DNA of 64,000 nt from Thermoleophilaceae bacterium (GTDB lineage: Bacteria; Actinomycetota; Thermoleophilia; Solirubrobacterales; Thermoleophilaceae): assembly GCA_046262995.1 (NCBI GenBank), contig JBHELQ010000064.1:37757-101756 (forward strand). The letters are read 5' to 3'. Under the pieces are notes generated by a model that saw only the letters and a list, made by a program, of their open reading frames with translations, was not told the origin of the DNA and made no database searches. Numbering within the stretch: the first letter of the stretch is position 1; every line of letters starts with the position of its first letter. This document shows, piece by piece, positions 36,702 to 46,182 of the stretch. The translations under genes were made by a program, and so were the position numbers.

Positions 36702-37022
36702 TCAGGCGGCCTTGCGCACGACCGCGAGGCGTCGCTCGCCCGCCGCGACCCGCTCGGAGCGGACGGCGACACGGTCGTCCTCAGGCAGTGCGCCGAAGCA
36801 CAGCTCGCACAGGACGCGCCCCGAGTCGAGCTCGTGAAGCCGCTCGCCGGGCAGCGGCGCGCGTCGACAGCCGGCGCAGCGGCTGGTGCTCTCGTCGAGG
36901 GCGACCAGGCTCTGGCGCATCAGAATCGCGGCGAGGTCCGGCATCGCGAGAAAGCTTCGCCGGGGATACCGGGGCTCCTGCCGGTTCGGTTCCCGACCGG
37001 ATCGCCGCAAGTAGGTGTGCAA
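36702..37022 (-). CDS. small zinc-ribbon (CxxC...CxxC) protein, start uncertain
   Basis: RCAGCRRAPLPGERLHELDSGRVLCELCF. Candidate starts are TTG 37022 and ATG 36944. No clear Shine-Dalgarno sequence. Confidence 0.4.
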   Translation of the reverse strand: MHTYLRRSGREPNRQEPRYPRRSFLAMPDLAAILMRQSLVALDESTSRCAGCRRAPLPGERLHELDSGRVLCELCFGALPEDDRVAVRSERVAAGERRLAVVRKAA

Positions 37023-37089
37023 AGCATCCAGCCCGGGTATCTCGCCGACGCGGCTGCCCAGGATTAGCCCGCAAATAGCGGGGTTTTTC

Positions 37090-37118
37090 TTGGCGGGACA
37101 TGCACCTATCGTTACTAT
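37090..37118 (+). promoter_or_regulatory. sigma-70-like promoter candidate (TTGGCG-17 nt-TACTAT) for the FHA gene
   Basis: -35 at 37090-37095 and -10 at 37113-37118, in the locally AT-richer part of the 133-211-nt divergent intergenic region. AGGAGAG SD lies before ATG 37156. Confidence 0.3.
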
Positions 37119-37155
37119 TCGCCAACCGCTCCAGCCCCGAGGAGAGTCACACCGA

Positions 37156-37722
37156 ATGGAAGCCTTCAGCGCCGGAACACTGGCAGGGGCCGGCTCATTT
37201 CGCTGCCAATCCTGCGGGTTCGCGATCGCCCTTCAGGAGCTCGACGCCGTGCCTTCGTGCCCCGATTGCGGCGGGCGCGAGTTTCGCCGCTCGTCCCTCT
37301 TCAGCCGTCCGTCGCCGCGTGAGACCGCGCCTCCCGTCGAGGGGCGGCCCGGCTGGCTCGGGGAAGCCCGCGACGCGCTGGCCGAGCCGGGCGCGTACAT
37401 CGCCTTCGAGGACGACGAGCGGGTGCACGTCCTGCCCCTGCAGGAGGGCTGGACGCGGATCGGAAGGAGCCTCTCGGCCCACGTGCGCTTCGACGACCCG
37501 ACGGTCTCGCGCCGCCACGCGCTGGTGTACCGCGAGGACGGCGGGGCGCGCATCCTCGACGACCGAAGCCTGAACGGCGTCTACCGCAACGGCGACCGCG
37601 TCGAGCTCGCGGAGCTCGAGGACGGCGACGAGATCGGGGTCGGCCGATTCCGCCTCTTCTTCATGAGCCTGGCCGAGGACGGCTCGCGCAGCGCGGAGGG
37701 CGCCGCCACCACGGTGGGCTAG
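37156..37722 (+). CDS. zinc-ribbon + FHA domain protein
   Basis: N-terminal FRCQSCGF...SCPDCGGREF. The C-terminal FHA domain has WTRIGRS, VSRRHALVY, LDDRSLNGVYRNG and GVGRFRLFF. Confidence 0.85.
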   Translation: MEAFSAGTLAGAGSFRCQSCGFAIALQELDAVPSCPDCGGREFRRSSLFSRPSPRETAPPVEGRPGWLGEARDALAEPGAYIAFEDDERVHVLPLQEGWTRIGRSLSAHVRFDDPTVSRRHALVYREDGGARILDDRSLNGVYRNGDRVELAELEDGDEIGVGRFRLFFMSLAEDGSRSAEGAATTVG

Positions 37723-37761
37723 CCCGCGCGCGGCTTTGGGCCGGCGGCTGAGGGAGGACCT

Positions 37762-37789
37762 GAAGGGCCCCGTCCGGTCGGGGCCCTTC
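37762..37789 (+). terminator. GC-rich hairpin 40 nt after the FHA stop (no U tract)
   Basis: GAAGGGCCCCG-TCCGGT-CGGGGCCCTTC. Confidence 0.45.
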
Positions 37790-37803
37790 GGCTTGGTGGT
37801 GGC

Positions 37804-37866
37804 GGGCGCGCCGACATTGGCCTCGGGGCAGCTGCGACGCTGCCCTCGGCCAACATCGGCGCGCCC
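37804..37866. repeat. 63-nt long imperfect inverted repeat (three stacked stems of 11, 6 and 7 bp)
   Basis: GGGCGCGCCGA..TTGGCC...GGGCAGC-tgcgac-GCTGCCC..GGCCAA..TCGGCGCGCCC. It is intergenic, between the FHA and GNAT genes. Confidence 0.6.
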
Positions 37867-37919
37867 GGCAGGCCGCCCGCCGGACGCCCTCTGTGGGCGG
37901 GAGCAGTAAGCATGCGCGC

Positions 37920-38429
37920 ATGGGCGTGGAGATTCGTGGTGCGGTGCTTGACGACGCTGGTGGGATTGCCGCCATCTACAACCAGGGGATCGAGGAGCGG
38001 CAGGCCACCTTCGAGACTCGGCTTCAGGACGCGCAGGACATCGCGCGCATCCTCGCCGCGCCCGGTGGGCTGCCGTTCCTGGTCGCGCATGAGGGTGAGC
38101 AGCTGCTCGGGTGGGCGCGGGTCATCTCGTACAGCGACCGTTCCTGCTACTCGGGCGTGGGCGAGGCGTCGCTGTATGTCGACCGCGCCGCGCGAGGGCG
38201 TGGTGTCGGCCGTGAGCTGCTCAGGGCGCTCGCCGGCACGGCGGAGGGTCTTGGCTATTGGAAGCTGATCGGACTGGTCTTTCCGGAGAACCGCGCGAGC
38301 GTGGCCCTGTTCGAGAGCGAGGGCTACCGGCGGATGGGCACCTTCCGGCGGCACGGCCGGCTCGACGGGAGCTGGCGGGACGTGTTGCTGGTCGAGCGCC
38401 TGCTGGGCGAGGCCGTCGCGCCGGGCTGA
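37920..38429 (+). CDS. GNAT N-acetyltransferase (phosphinothricin acetyltransferase-like)
   Basis: MGVEIRGAVLDDAGGIAAIYNQGIEERQATFE..., RGRGVGRELL, FESEGYRRMG. Confidence 0.8.
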   Translation: MGVEIRGAVLDDAGGIAAIYNQGIEERQATFETRLQDAQDIARILAAPGGLPFLVAHEGEQLLGWARVISYSDRSCYSGVGEASLYVDRAARGRGVGRELLRALAGTAEGLGYWKLIGLVFPENRASVALFESEGYRRMGTFRRHGRLDGSWRDVLLVERLLGEAVAPG

Positions 38430-38434
38430 ATCGC

Positions 38435-38830
38435 CTATGCGCGCCGCCGCGCGATTCGCCGGTCCGCCCGGCTGATGGCGCGGCGCGGCACGGCGCGGCT
38501 GAAGGCCGAGCGGTTGTCGGCGATCCAGCGGTAGCCGCGCTCCGTTGCCCGCGGGAACCGCGCAGCGAGGGCGGCAAGCGGCCGGCCGCCCGGCAGGCGT
38601 CGGAGCAGCGGCGCCGCCGCCGCGCCTGCCGAGGCCAGGCCGTCCGCGGTCACCAGGTGCCACGACTCCATGCGCTCGGCAGCCGGCACGTCTCCAAGCA
38701 GCTCGTCCGCCTCCGGGTCCTGAAGGGCGACCGGGCGGAGCGCGCCGCGCCGATCCCAGGCAAGCACCACACCGAGCGACCAGCGGCAGAAGCCGCAGTC
38801 GGCGTCGTAGAGGATCGGGTCCGACCGCAT
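38435..38830 (-). CDS. thiol-disulfide oxidoreductase DCC-family (DUF393) protein
   Basis: MRSDPILYDADCGFCRWS... with a conserved DxxCxxC N-terminus. Only the last 131 codons of ORF 38435-39424 are the gene. Confidence 0.75.
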   Translation of the reverse strand: MRSDPILYDADCGFCRWSLGVVLAWDRRGALRPVALQDPEADELLGDVPAAERMESWHLVTADGLASAGAAAAPLLRRLPGGRPLAALAARFPRATERGYRWIADNRSAFSRAVPRRAISRADRRIARRRA

Positions 38831-38857
38831 TGGACTGGCGAGGGTACAGTCGCTGCC

Positions 38858-39484
38858 TTGGCCGCAGAAAACCCCCGGCACGCCCGGCCCCTGCTCGAGG
38901 ACGGCCTGCTCCCCGACCCGGTCGACCAGTTCGCGGGCTGGTTCGAGGAAGCGGCGAGCACCGACCTCCGGATGCCCGAGGCGATGGCGGTGGCAACCGC
39001 CGCGCCGAGCGGCGCCCCCTCGGTGCGCATGGCCCTGCTCAAGGGATTCGACACGGCCGGCTTCGTCTTCTACACGAGCTATCTCAGTCGCAAGGCGAGG
39101 GAGCTCGACGGCAACCCGCGGGCCGCGCTGCTCTTCTACTGGGACCAGCTCGGCCGCCAGGTGCGGATCGAGGGAGCGGCGGAGCGCTGCCCGTCCGAGG
39201 AGTCCCGCCGCTACATCGAGAGCCGCCCACGGGGAAGCCGGCTGAGCGCGCTCGCCTCCCGCCAGAGCGAGCCGGTCGAGGGGCGCGAGGCGCTCGAGTC
39301 GGCGGTGACGGAGCTGGCCGAGCGTTACCACGACCGGGAGCTCCCGGTTCCGGACGATTGGGGCGGCTATCGCGTGACGCCGAACAGCTTCGAGTTCTGG
39401 CAGCACCGGGAGGACCGCCTGCACGACCGCCTCCTATACACGCGCGGGGATGGGGGCTGGCGGATCGAGCGGCTGGCACCCTGA
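38858..39484 (+). CDS. pdxH: pyridoxamine 5'-phosphate oxidase
   Basis: VRMALLKGFD, FVFYTSYLSRKAREL, LLFYWDQLGRQVRIEG, SRPRGSRLSALASRQS, FEFWQHREDRLHDR. There is no ATG. TTG 38858 sits 7 nt after TACAGT (38845-38850). Confidence 0.85.
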   Translation: MAAENPRHARPLLEDGLLPDPVDQFAGWFEEAASTDLRMPEAMAVATAAPSGAPSVRMALLKGFDTAGFVFYTSYLSRKARELDGNPRAALLFYWDQLGRQVRIEGAAERCPSEESRRYIESRPRGSRLSALASRQSEPVEGREALESAVTELAERYHDRELPVPDDWGGYRVTPNSFEFWQHREDRLHDRLLYTRGDGGWRIERLAP

Positions 39485-39545
39485 CACCCGATTAGTTCGG
39501 CGCCGTCAGCCGGTCCCAGGGACACACACAAACGAAGGGGGACAG

Positions 39546-40130
39546 ATGGGAAGGATCGTCGTAACCGAGTTCGTGTCACTGGACGGCGTCATGGAGGACC
39601 CGGGCGGCGCCGAGGGCTTCAAGCACGGGGGTTGGACGTTCGAGATCTCCAGAGGGGAAGAGGGCGACAAGTTCAAGCTCGACGAGACCCTGGAGGCCGA
39701 GGCCCTGCTGCTGGGCCGAGTGACCTACGAGGGCTTCGCCGCCGCCTGGCCCTCGATGACCGACGAGGCCGGCTTCGCCGACAAGATGAACAACATGCCG
39801 AAGTACGTCGTGTCTTCGACCCTGGACACGGCGGACTGGAGCAACTCGACGGTGCTGAGGGGCGACGTCGCGGACGAGGTCGCCAAGCTCAAGCAGGACG
39901 TCGACGGGGTGATCCTGGTCCCCGGCAGCGCGCAGCTGGTGCAGACGCTCGCCGAGCACGACCTGGTCGACGAGCTCCGGCTGATGGTCTTTCCGGTCGT
40001 ACTCGGAAGCGGAAAGCGCCTCTTCGGCGAGACCGACGACAAGAAGCCGCTGCGGCTGGCCGACTCGAGGAGCGTCGGCGACGGCATCGCGATCCTGACC
40101 TACGAGCCCGCAGCTCGAACGGAGAGCTAG
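39546..40130 (+). CDS. dihydrofolate reductase-like (RibD C-terminal domain) family protein
   Basis: MGRIVVTEFVSLDGVMEDPGG..., LLLGRVTYEGF, KYVVSSTL. AAGGGGG SD lies before ATG 39546. Confidence 0.8.
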   Translation: MGRIVVTEFVSLDGVMEDPGGAEGFKHGGWTFEISRGEEGDKFKLDETLEAEALLLGRVTYEGFAAAWPSMTDEAGFADKMNNMPKYVVSSTLDTADWSNSTVLRGDVADEVAKLKQDVDGVILVPGSAQLVQTLAEHDLVDELRLMVFPVVLGSGKRLFGETDDKKPLRLADSRSVGDGIAILTYEPAARTES

Positions 40131-40513
40131 CCAGGGGCGCCGTATGGCCGCCCCGGGAAGAAAGGCCACTCCTCGAACGCGACAACACGGCCGTCACCGC
40201 CGAAGCGGATCACCCACAGGTCCCGGTACTCGCGACTGACCGGGTCCCCATAGGCCACCTCGACACGAACGACCGCGGTGTCGGCGTCTACGGCAACGAT
40301 CTCGCTGCCCATCGCGAAGACCTCGTCGGGACCCTCCCGCTCCGCATCCCACAGCCGGGCGATCGCGGACAACCCGACGACCGGCTCCTCATACGGAGAC
40401 ATCCGGTACCTAGCGTCCTGCGCGAACAACTCGCACAGCGACTCCGTCCCAGGCGTCCGCCAAGCACGCTCATACCCAGCCACCCACGCCTCCACCTGCG
40501 CCCGGTCGATCAC
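40127..40513 (-). CDS. SnoaL/NTF2-like fold protein
   Basis: GTG 40513 gives VIDRAQVEAWVAGYERAWRT...REYRDLWVIRFGGDGRVVAFEEW. Only the last 128 codons of ORF 40127-41803 are the gene. Confidence 0.6.
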   Translation of the reverse strand: MIDRAQVEAWVAGYERAWRTPGTESLCELFAQDARYRMSPYEEPVVGLSAIARLWDAEREGPDEVFAMGSEIVAVDADTAVVRVEVAYGDPVSREYRDLWVIRFGGDGRVVAFEEWPFFPGRPYGAPG

Positions 40514-40638
40514 AGCCGGATGCTCGCAGGCGCACGATCGGGCGCGCCGATGGCGGCCGAGGGCGGCGTTGACCGAAGGGAACCAGCCGCCCCGAGGCCG
40601 ACGTCGGCGCGCCCGCCCCGCGGCCGAAAGCCCGGGCC

Positions 40639-43600
40639 CTACTCCGTCGAAATCGACGGGTCCGTCTGCTCCTGCTCGGGCACCGACATCACGAAGTGCG
40701 ACCCCGGATCGCCCGCCAGGGCGAGCACGCGATCGGCCTCTTCGTCCTGGCCCGTGCTCCGTAGCTCCTCGGCGTAGTGCCCGAGCAGCTCCTCGATGTC
40801 GAGCGCGCCCTCCGCGTCCAGGTCCGCGATCACGATCTTCGCGCCTTTGCCCTTCCGCCGCTCGAGCGCCTCGCGATCGAGGTTCCATTCGTCGTTCACG
40901 CGCAGGTAGACCCGCCCGCCGGTCTGGCCGGCGCAGAACCATGGCCCCGGGTCGCCCAGCACCACCGCGCGGCCCGAGGTCATGTACTCGAACGCGAAGC
41001 CCTTGACGTTGGCGCGGTCGGCCAGGCAGCCGAGCGAGTCGTCGAGCGGCGTCTGCGGCTCGCCGCCGATCACCACGTCCGCCCCCGAGAGGCGGATGCA
41101 GAAGCGCGAGTCCGCGTCGCCCTGGACGAACAGCCGCCCGCGCTGGGCGCCGTAGGCGAACGACTTGCCGACCGAGCCGTTCAGGCGCCGACCGAAGCGG
41201 TTCTTGCCCTTCAGGATCGACACCTTGCCGCCCAGCATGGTCTTGGCGACGCCGTCCTGAGCGCCGCCCTCGACGGTGATGTCGACGCCGTAGACGTTGA
41301 AGGCGCCCAGCCCCTGGCCGCCGACGGAGCCACCGTTGAAGTGCAGCCTGGCGAGCGTGTCCGCCGTCGACGGCGGGCCGCCCTTGAAGATCCGCGCGCG
41401 TGAGATCTCGCCCGCGAGCTCGGTTCCGAGCACCCGGTCGCCGGCGTCCGTGGGGTCGCCGTCGCCGAAGATCTCCCACTCGCCCTCGACCAGCTTGCCG
41501 GCGGTGATGTCTCCGGCCATGGCGGCGATCTGCGCCGACGCCTGCTTGACCTTCATGCGGATCGGCCGGGCCACGATCAGTCCGGCCGCCTCGCGATCGT
41601 CCTCGGGCGCGGGCAGGTTGAGCGGCTCCAGGTCGAGCATCTCCTCGAGCGGCTTGATCATCTCGTGGGTGTCCACGCTTCCGGCCTCGCGCGCCTGACC
41701 GAGCAGGTCCGAGCGACCGACCAGGTCCTGGGCGCGCTCGAAACCGAGTCCGGCGGTAATCTCGCGCACCTCCTCGCCCATCGCCTGGAAGAAGCGGGCG
41801 CAATTCTCCGAGGCGGACTCGAACTCCTGCGGCGTGAACTTCTTCAGGCCCTTGAGGTCAGCCTCCTCCTTGTCCTCGATCTGGGTGGCGATGCCGACGT
41901 GACAGGTGTCCAGCTGGCAGCCGCGGCAGATCGTGCAGCCGAGCGAGACCATCGCCAGCGTGCCGAAGCCGACGCGGTTGGCGCCCAGGCAGTGCAGCTT
42001 CACGACGTCCCAGCCGTGGCGATAGCCGCCGTCCGCCCAGATCTCGACCCGGTTGCGGATGCCGGCTTCCATCAGCGCCAGGTGCACGGCGCGCGTGCCG
42101 ATGTCGGAAGGCAGGCCGACGTGGCGCAGGGCGTGCGAGCGGGCGGCGCCGGTGCCGCCCTCGAAGCCCGACAGCGTAATCATGTCGGCGCCCGCCTTGG
42201 CGATGCCGACCCCGATGGTGCCGATGTTCGGCACCACCGGCACCTTCACCGACACCCGCACGTCAGGGTTGGCCGTCTTCAGCTCGTCGATCAGCTCGGC
42301 CAGGTCCTCGATCGAGTACAGGTCGTGGTTGTTCGAAGGTGAGATCAGGTCCGTGCCGGTGGTGGCGTTACGGGCCTGGGCCACCTTGTCGGTGACCTTC
42401 TTGGCCGGCAGATGGCCGCCCTCGCCGGGCTTGGCGCCCTGGCCGATCTTGATCTCGACGAGATACGACGAGTTGATCATCTCGCTGGTCACGCCGAAGC
42501 GCCCGGAGGCGACCTGCTGGCCGCGCCACTTCGGGTACTTGCCGTACATGTCCTGGATCTCGCCGCCCTCGCCGTTCATGGCGATCACGTTGATCCGCTT
42601 CGCGGCCTCGGCGTAGGCGCGGTATGCGGTCTCGCCCTGCGAGCCGAAGCTCATGGAGGAGATCACGATCGGATAGGAGTGCAGGCCGACCTCGGCACTG
42701 ACCTGCTCGACCGGAATCGGCTCGCGGTCGGAGCGCAGCTCGAGGATGTGCCGCAGCGAGATCGGCTGCTCCAGCTCCAGCTGGCGCACCTTCTCCGAGT
42801 ACTCCTCGTAGGAGCCGGTGCCGTTGGCGGTGGCGACGGCCGCCTTGTAGACCTTCGGATAGAAGCGGAACGTCTTGGCTGGCTTCGAGTCCTCCTCGCC
42901 CGCGAGGATCCGCTGGCGCTCCGCGCCGTCCACGTCGAGCTCTTGGAAGCCGGTGCCGCCCGTCTCCGAGCCGAAGTACGCGGGAGTGTCGAAGACCGCC
43001 GTGAGCTCGGGCTTCAGGCCGATGCAGGAGAAGAGCCGGGCGTAGCCGCGGACCTCGTGGATGCCGATCGTCGAGATGACCTTCTCGATTCCCTTGCGCA
43101 GCGCGGAAGCGAGGTTCGAGATGTCGTCGCGGTAGTCGTCCATCAGGGCGACCTCGACCATCGTGTAGGGGCAGACGCCGTCGGCGCCCAGGCCGAGCGC
43201 GACCATCAGGTCGTGAACGTTGCGGATCGCGGCCGAGCGGACCACGATCCCGCAGCGGCGGCGCAGGTTGGTCTCGCCGAGCTTCACGAAGTGCTCGCGC
43301 AGCGCCAGGTCCACGGCGGCCAGCGCCAGGTGCGGGTCGAGGTAGCGGCGATCGCCCTCGTAGGCCGTGCGGTCGGAGAGCACGAGCAGCTCGCAGCCGC
43401 CGCGCACCGCGCTCGTGGCCTCGTGCTTCAGGCGTTCGATCGCGCCGCGCGTGTCCTCGGACTCGAGCGAGGAGAGGTCGAGCACCTTCGCCCGGCCCCG
43501 GAACTCCTCCCAGAGGTCCTCGAGCAGGTAGGTCTTGTGCTCGCGCGCGATCTCGCGGTAGGTCTTGTCCGACAAAGGCGCCAGGCCGTCGTGCCCGCCC

Positions 43601-45333
43601 AGGAGCACCGGAAAGGCCGTCTCGATCGTGCGCGGCTCGGCCGGGATCTCGCCTATGCCCGGCCGGGAGCCGAACACCGCACGGCAGGAGAAGTGCTCGA
43701 CCTCGCGCTCGCGGTCGATCGCGGGGTTGGTCACGACCGCGACCGACTCCTTGTAGTAGTCGGCCAGGTTCTGACGCTCGGGCGAGAGGCAGGCCAGGGG
43801 CCCGTCGTAGCCGAGCGAGCCGATCGGCTCGGCGCCGGTCGCGGCCATCTGCTGCACGAGCTTCATGTCCTCGCGCTGCCAGCCGAACCCGCCCAGCACG
43901 CGGTCGTCGACCTTCACCGGCTCCGAGGGGCCAGCGGTCGTGTAGCCCGGGATCTCCGACCCCTCGAGCGGGCCGCCGGTGGGGATCGCCTGCGTGAAGC
44001 CGTCGTCGGCGGCCGCACCGGCGCGCTCGCGCCAGCGCTTGCAGCAGAGGCGCTGGAGCGCGTGGTGGTCGTGCAGCGGGGACTCGCCCTTGCGGCGGTC
44101 GATCGCGACCAGCAGCTTCTCGCCTGGCGCGAGCGGCTTGGGCTCCTCGACGGTGTCGGCGACCGCGACGACTCCGGGCTCCGAGGAGAAGACGTGGGCG
44201 TCGGCGGTCTCGACGTGCCACAGCGGGCGCAGTCCGAGCGCGTCCGTCGAGAAGATGCACTCGTCGCCGTGGCGGGACAGCAGCGCGATCGGTCCCTGCG
44301 CGAAGGGGCCCAGCGCCTGCCGCAGGTACATGTAGAAGCCGCGCAGCTCCTCGGGCATGCCCTTGATCTCGTTGACGATCGGCGGCAGCACGAGCTCTAT
44401 GGCCTCGACGAGCGTCAGGCCGTCGCGGCTCACGAGCGCCTCGATGGCGCGGTTCAGGTCCTGGGAGTCGGACGAGCCCGGCGCGATCGGGACGCCGAGC
44501 ATCTTCCCCTCCTGGCGCAGCCGGGCGATCGTGTTGATCTCGCCGTTGTGGCCCAGCACGCCGAACGGCTGGACCCGCTTGAACGAGGGCCAGGTGTTGG
44601 TCGAGTAGCGGTTGTGGCCGAAGACCGCGGCCGTCTTGGCGCGTCCGTCGTGGAGGTCGGGGTAGTAGCGGCCGAGCGCTCCCGGCGCGCCGAGCACCTT
44701 GTAGACCGCCGTGTCGGTCGAGCAGGAGGCCACGTGCACGCCGAGCTCCTCCTCGAGCTGCACGGTCAGCTCGAAGCACAGCCTGGGATCGTCGATCAGG
44801 CCGCCGACCTGCCAGAAGACCGGCTCCTCCTCGCGCGCCTGCGGGCCGAGGGCGGTCGTGTCGACCGCGTTCTCCCGTTCCGCCAGCACGCGCAGCCCGA
44901 CGCGGCTCATGATCTGGCGACCGCGCTCCTGGACGTCGGCCACGTCGCCTCCCTTGCGGGAGATGAAGACGTGCGCCACGGCGAAGCGCGGATCGAGAGC
45001 GAGCTTGGGCGCGTGCCCGCCGCTGCGGACCTCCTCGGACCAGATCTCGCGCGGGATGTCGATCAGGACGCCGCAGCCGTCGCCCTCGCCGTCGACGTTC
45101 CCGGCGCGGTGCAGCATCTTCTCGAGCGCGACCAGGGCGGTCTCGATCGCCTCGTGCGTGGCTTCGGCCTGCTTGTGGACCAGCGCGTAGAGGGCGCAGG
45201 CGTCGCGGTCTTCGACCGTTTGCGGCGCTCGGCGCGGGCGGTACGCCTGCGTGGGCGAGTAACGGGCCTCCACTCTTACCTCCTCGAGTTCCGCGCCTTC
45301 TTCGAGCGGGCGCGCGACGGGATGGAGCGGCAA
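40639..45333 (-). CDS. gltB: glutamate synthase large subunit
   Basis: 1564 aa. It has an Ntn amidotransferase domain after a propeptide of about 42 aa (..RDA|CALYALV), a central domain, an FMN domain (GGTGAA) and a GXGXG C-terminal domain. No gltD gene is adjacent. Confidence 0.95.
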   Translation of the reverse strand: MPLHPVARPLEEGAELEEVRVEARYSPTQAYRPRRAPQTVEDRDACALYALVHKQAEATHEAIETALVALEKMLHRAGNVDGEGDGCGVLIDIPREIWSEEVRSGGHAPKLALDPRFAVAHVFISRKGGDVADVQERGRQIMSRVGLRVLAERENAVDTTALGPQAREEEPVFWQVGGLIDDPRLCFELTVQLEEELGVHVASCSTDTAVYKVLGAPGALGRYYPDLHDGRAKTAAVFGHNRYSTNTWPSFKRVQPFGVLGHNGEINTIARLRQEGKMLGVPIAPGSSDSQDLNRAIEALVSRDGLTLVEAIELVLPPIVNEIKGMPEELRGFYMYLRQALGPFAQGPIALLSRHGDECIFSTDALGLRPLWHVETADAHVFSSEPGVVAVADTVEEPKPLAPGEKLLVAIDRRKGESPLHDHHALQRLCCKRWRERAGAAADDGFTQAIPTGGPLEGSEIPGYTTAGPSEPVKVDDRVLGGFGWQREDMKLVQQMAATGAEPIGSLGYDGPLACLSPERQNLADYYKESVAVVTNPAIDREREVEHFSCRAVFGSRPGIGEIPAEPRTIETAFPVLLGGHDGLAPLSDKTYREIAREHKTYLLEDLWEEFRGRAKVLDLSSLESEDTRGAIERLKHEATSAVRGGCELLVLSDRTAYEGDRRYLDPHLALAAVDLALREHFVKLGETNLRRRCGIVVRSAAIRNVHDLMVALGLGADGVCPYTMVEVALMDDYRDDISNLASALRKGIEKVISTIGIHEVRGYARLFSCIGLKPELTAVFDTPAYFGSETGGTGFQELDVDGAERQRILAGEEDSKPAKTFRFYPKVYKAAVATANGTGSYEEYSEKVRQLELEQPISLRHILELRSDREPIPVEQVSAEVGLHSYPIVISSMSFGSQGETAYRAYAEAAKRINVIAMNGEGGEIQDMYGKYPKWRGQQVASGRFGVTSEMINSSYLVEIKIGQGAKPGEGGHLPAKKVTDKVAQARNATTGTDLISPSNNHDLYSIEDLAELIDELKTANPDVRVSVKVPVVPNIGTIGVGIAKAGADMITLSGFEGGTGAARSHALRHVGLPSDIGTRAVHLALMEAGIRNRVEIWADGGYRHGWDVVKLHCLGANRVGFGTLAMVSLGCTICRGCQLDTCHVGIATQIEDKEEADLKGLKKFTPQEFESASENCARFFQAMGEEVREITAGLGFERAQDLVGRSDLLGQAREAGSVDTHEMIKPLEEMLDLEPLNLPAPEDDREAAGLIVARPIRMKVKQASAQIAAMAGDITAGKLVEGEWEIFGDGDPTDAGDRVLGTELAGEISRARIFKGGPPSTADTLARLHFNGGSVGGQGLGAFNVYGVDITVEGGAQDGVAKTMLGGKVSILKGKNRFGRRLNGSVGKSFAYGAQRGRLFVQGDADSRFCIRLSGADVVIGGEPQTPLDDSLGCLADRANVKGFAFEYMTSGRAVVLGDPGPWFCAGQTGGRVYLRVNDEWNLDREALERRKGKGAKIVIADLDAEGALDIEELLGHYAEELRSTGQDEEADRVLALAGDPGSHFVMSVPEQEQTDPSISTE

Positions 45334-45390
45334 CTATAGTCGGCCCATCGGCCGCAGGCGGGGTCGAAAACCCGCAAAGAGCGACAAAAC

Positions 45391-46182
45391 TTGGCGACCA
45401 CGATCACCGTCCTCTCCCAGAAGGGGGGCACCGGAAAGACCACCGCGGTGCGGACGCTGGCGGACGCCTACCGGCGAATCGGGCTCGATGTGCTGTGCGT
45501 CGACCTCGATCCGCAGGGCAATCTCTCGGACTACTTCGACGTTCCGGCCGATGCCTCCCCGACGATCGCAGACGTGCTGGCCGGCCAGGCGCGCGCGGCC
45601 GATGCCCTGCATGGCGACATCCTGCCCGCGAACCTCGGACTCGCCGAGTCCGAGCTGGTGCTGAGCGGCAAGATGGGGCGCGAGATGACGCTCAAGCGCG
45701 CGCTGCGTGACATCGGGCGCCGCTACGAGCTGGTCGTGATCGACTGCCCGCCCTCGCTCGGCCTGCTGACCGTCAACGCGCTGGTGGCGGCCGACCACGC
45801 GCTGATCTCCAGCGAGGCCGAGTACTTCTCGCTCCAGGGCGTCGAGCAGGCCCTGGAGGTGGTCGCGCTGGCGAAGGAGTCGCTTCACCCCGACCTCGAC
45901 TGGCTGGGCGTGGTTCTGAACATCGCGGACATGCGCCTGGTCCATGCACGCGAGGCGCTCCAGGGGCTGCGCGAGCGCTTCGGCGAGAAGGTCTTCGACG
46001 CGGTGATCCGGCGCTCGGTCCGCTATGCCGAGTCGGCCGAGCGCGGCGTGTCGGTGCTCGACTACGCGCCGGACCTGGGAGCGGACTACCTCCAGCTCGC
46101 GGAGGAGGTCCTCGCGCGCCTCGGGTTCGAGGAGGAACGAGAGCGCCTGGCGGAGCTCCGCCACGAGCTGGTGCCCGCGTGA
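45391..46182 (+). CDS. ParA/Soj-family P-loop ATPase (orphan, no parB nearby)
   Basis: TTG start, deviant Walker A SQKGGTGKTT, VIDCPPSLG. Confidence 0.85.
   Translation: MATTITVLSQKGGTGKTTAVRTLADAYRRIGLDVLCVDLDPQGNLSDYFDVPADASPTIADVLAGQARAADALHGDILPANLGLAESELVLSGKMGREMTLKRALRDIGRRYELVVIDCPPSLGLLTVNALVAADHALISSEAEYFSLQGVEQALEVVALAKESLHPDLDWLGVVLNIADMRLVHAREALQGLRERFGEKVFDAVIRRSVRYAESAERGVSVLDYAPDLGADYLQLAEEVLARLGFEEERERLAELRHELVPA

Noticed and set aside
40639-45333. gltB without an adjacent gltD small-subunit gene, and with a C-terminal tail of about 70 aa.
   Set aside because: The small subunit can be encoded elsewhere. The domain order and motifs of the large subunit look normal. There is not enough evidence for an anomaly from this window alone.
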